Source of the DNA: Carcharhinus longimanus
Lineage: Eukaryota
Direction of reading: 5' to 3'
Assembly: GCA_030264375.1 (NCBI GenBank)
Contig: JASCQW010000109.1
Coordinates: 44,156,356-44,220,355 of the forward strand
DNA length: 64,000 bases
Under the pieces are notes generated by a model, which searched no databases, was not told where the DNA came from, and saw nothing but the letters and a program-made list of their open reading frames with translations. Below are positions 62,255-64,000 of the stretch, piece after piece. Every line of letters begins with the position of its first letter. Within the stretch, counting starts at the first letter, position 1. The position numbers and the translations under genes were made by a program.

Positions 62255-62690
62255 AAGCCCTTCTTAACAATTGTTTGAACTTGCCTGGCCACCTTCAGAG
62301 AATTATGCAGTTGAAGCTCAAGGTCCCTCTGCTCCTTTACTTCCCTCGATGTTGTAACATTAAGCCTGTATTGTCTCCCCATGTTTCTTCTACTAAACTG
62401 CATTATCTCACATTTTGCGGCATTGAAATTCATCTGCCAGTTTCTGCCTGTTTGGGCAGCTTGTCAATTCCCCACTGAAGTCGCTCAGCACACCCTCAAT
62501 TCACTATTCTCCATAGCTTAGTATCATCTGCAAATTTAAAGATTTGCCTTCAACATCCATCTCTAAATCATTTATATTAATCAGAAAAAGCAAGGGTCCC
62601 AACACTGACCTCTGGGGAGAACCACTTTTAACTTATCTCCTGTCTGAGAAATGTCATTTATACCTACCTTCTAGCTGCTGTCCAGAAGTA
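62255..62690 (-). mobile_element. CR1 RT fragment
   Basis: ORF 62131..62433 MNFNAAKCEIMQF...EQRDLELQLHNSLKVARQVQTIVKK; gtatcatctgcaaattt (reverse of KFADDT). Confidence 0.8.
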
Positions 62691-63299
62691 ACAATCAAAT
62701 ACCTCATGCTGCGATCATTCTGTTAGGGGCTGAGCAGAAGATGGAAGGTCATTATTTTCATGGCACCCCTCAAGATGGGTGTCTGATTTACAAATAATGT
62801 AATAAGCAGGCCAGAAATGCCCCCCCAAACCTTTGAGTGTATTTTTTGAAAACATACATGACATTTTCATAACCTTAAGGATCTGTATGTCAGATGTCTA
62901 CATAACCTGTTTTTTTTCTTCAAACAGGCTTAAAATTATAAGATACACATAATTGTAGATATTATAAATGATCATCCAAGTATTAAGCAAATTAATAATT
63001 CTCTTATTAAAGATAAAAAAAATTTAAAAAGATGAGAAAGATTCAAAAAAGTAAATACTTAGTGTTGGGTAGTGTTACCTCAGGACACAGAAATCAAGGG
63101 AGGAGATTTGTGAGGAACCAACAATCATCATGAAGGAGCCATTGGACACTGAAGAGGACCCTTAAACCTCAGTGTCATTAGAAGGAGATAATTTGCCTAA
63201 GAAACTTGTGTGCTTTCTTTGCAGAAGTGACAAGTGGTGTGTAGTTTGACTACATTATTTAATTTAGACTTTGAAAACACATATGACTTTGTCCCACAC

Positions 63300-64000
63300 A
63301 AAAACTAATTTCAGAGTCACGGGAATTAATTGTAAGTCTTGTGAATGGATAATAAATTGGCTTCAGCATAGAAAAAAAATGTAGATATTAGAATACTTGC
63401 TTTGGGATAGAGGGAGCATTTGAGTAGAGTGCCCCAGCCTTGGTTTTGGGATAACTATTGCTTTAATTTATATTGATGATCTGGACTCAGCAATTCTTTA
63501 CAAATTGGTCAGATTGAGGGACAAAATAATCTGAGGCCAAAGCCCAAAATTACCCTATGAATTAAATGAGTGGATAGAAATTTATTGTAGATAAATATGA
63601 AGTATGCATGTAGAAAGGAAAACGGGTGGAACAAGTATTCCATCAATGGTGTGAAAATAATTTGGAAGGGACCTAACAGTTACTGTAGATCTGATGCTAA
63701 GCCCAACAATGTGCAGCAAACCCAAACAAGTTGAAACAAATGTCAAAACAATAGCACATAACTCAAAGAATATCGTGACCAAAATGTTTAATGCTGTTGT
63801 CAGACTACACCCGAATAACATGTTCAATTCTGCCTCCAGAGAAAATATTCTGTCAGCATTGGAACTGATGGAGAGAAAAAAGTATAAAATTAATTCCTGT
63901 AATTGTAGAGAAAAGCTGGAAAGAAGGCATTGGGGCTTGTAAAAGTATATATGGTTGTAATGAAGTGGCAAAGGTGAAGACTGAATAGTAGCTTCATACT
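63300..64000 (+). mobile_element. Very old CR1 RT fragment
   Basis: agtgccccagccttggttttggg...tttatattgatgatctggactcag (VPQG..LG/YIDDLD) and NAVVRLHP...ALELMERK, resembling the ALVRPHL...LERVQR pattern. Confidence 0.5.

Larger units (their letters stand above)
16630..64000 (+). other. Intron 1 of the ARHGAP26-like gene (continues past the window)
   Basis: GT donor at 16630; no exon-2-like sequence (F.F.CIGDAETDDE) seen in the ORF track or by eye; a short exon could have been missed or lie in a gap. Confidence 0.7.

Noticed and set aside
63582-63971. 129-aa hydrophobic ORF
   Set aside because: It is the antisense frame of a decayed CR1 fragment.

Overview
Eukaryotic, repeat-rich vertebrate genomic DNA from a gapped draft assembly. 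It is almost certainly an elasmobranch (shark or ray), judged from many HE1-type SINEs plus CR1/HER1, L2, Rex1, Penelope and Deu-domain SINE relics. Only one host gene is supported. A CpG-rich promoter, a long ATG-free 5' leader and the first coding exon (16476-16629, + strand) belong to a GRAF-family BAR-PH-RhoGAP gene, most similar to ARHGAP26/GRAF1. About 47 kb of intron 1 follows, and I could not find exon 2. Almost all other ORF-track entries are noise or decayed transposon fragments (Rex1 RT, CR1 RT, Gypsy gag-pol, Penelope GIY-YIG, probable Harbinger Myb/SANT). I found no new protein-coding system. The most unusual signals are structural: (i) two HE1 SINEs each apparently split by a diverged inverted copy of nearby upstream DNA; (ii) several other short-range templated duplications and snap-back palindromes; (iii) an interrupted U2 snRNA 5' fragment antisense in the intron; (iv) hammerhead-ribozyme-like motifs in Penelope termini; (v) a head-to-head Deu-SINE pair. 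All repeat family names come from recalled consensus motifs, not database searches, and repeat boundaries are approximate.
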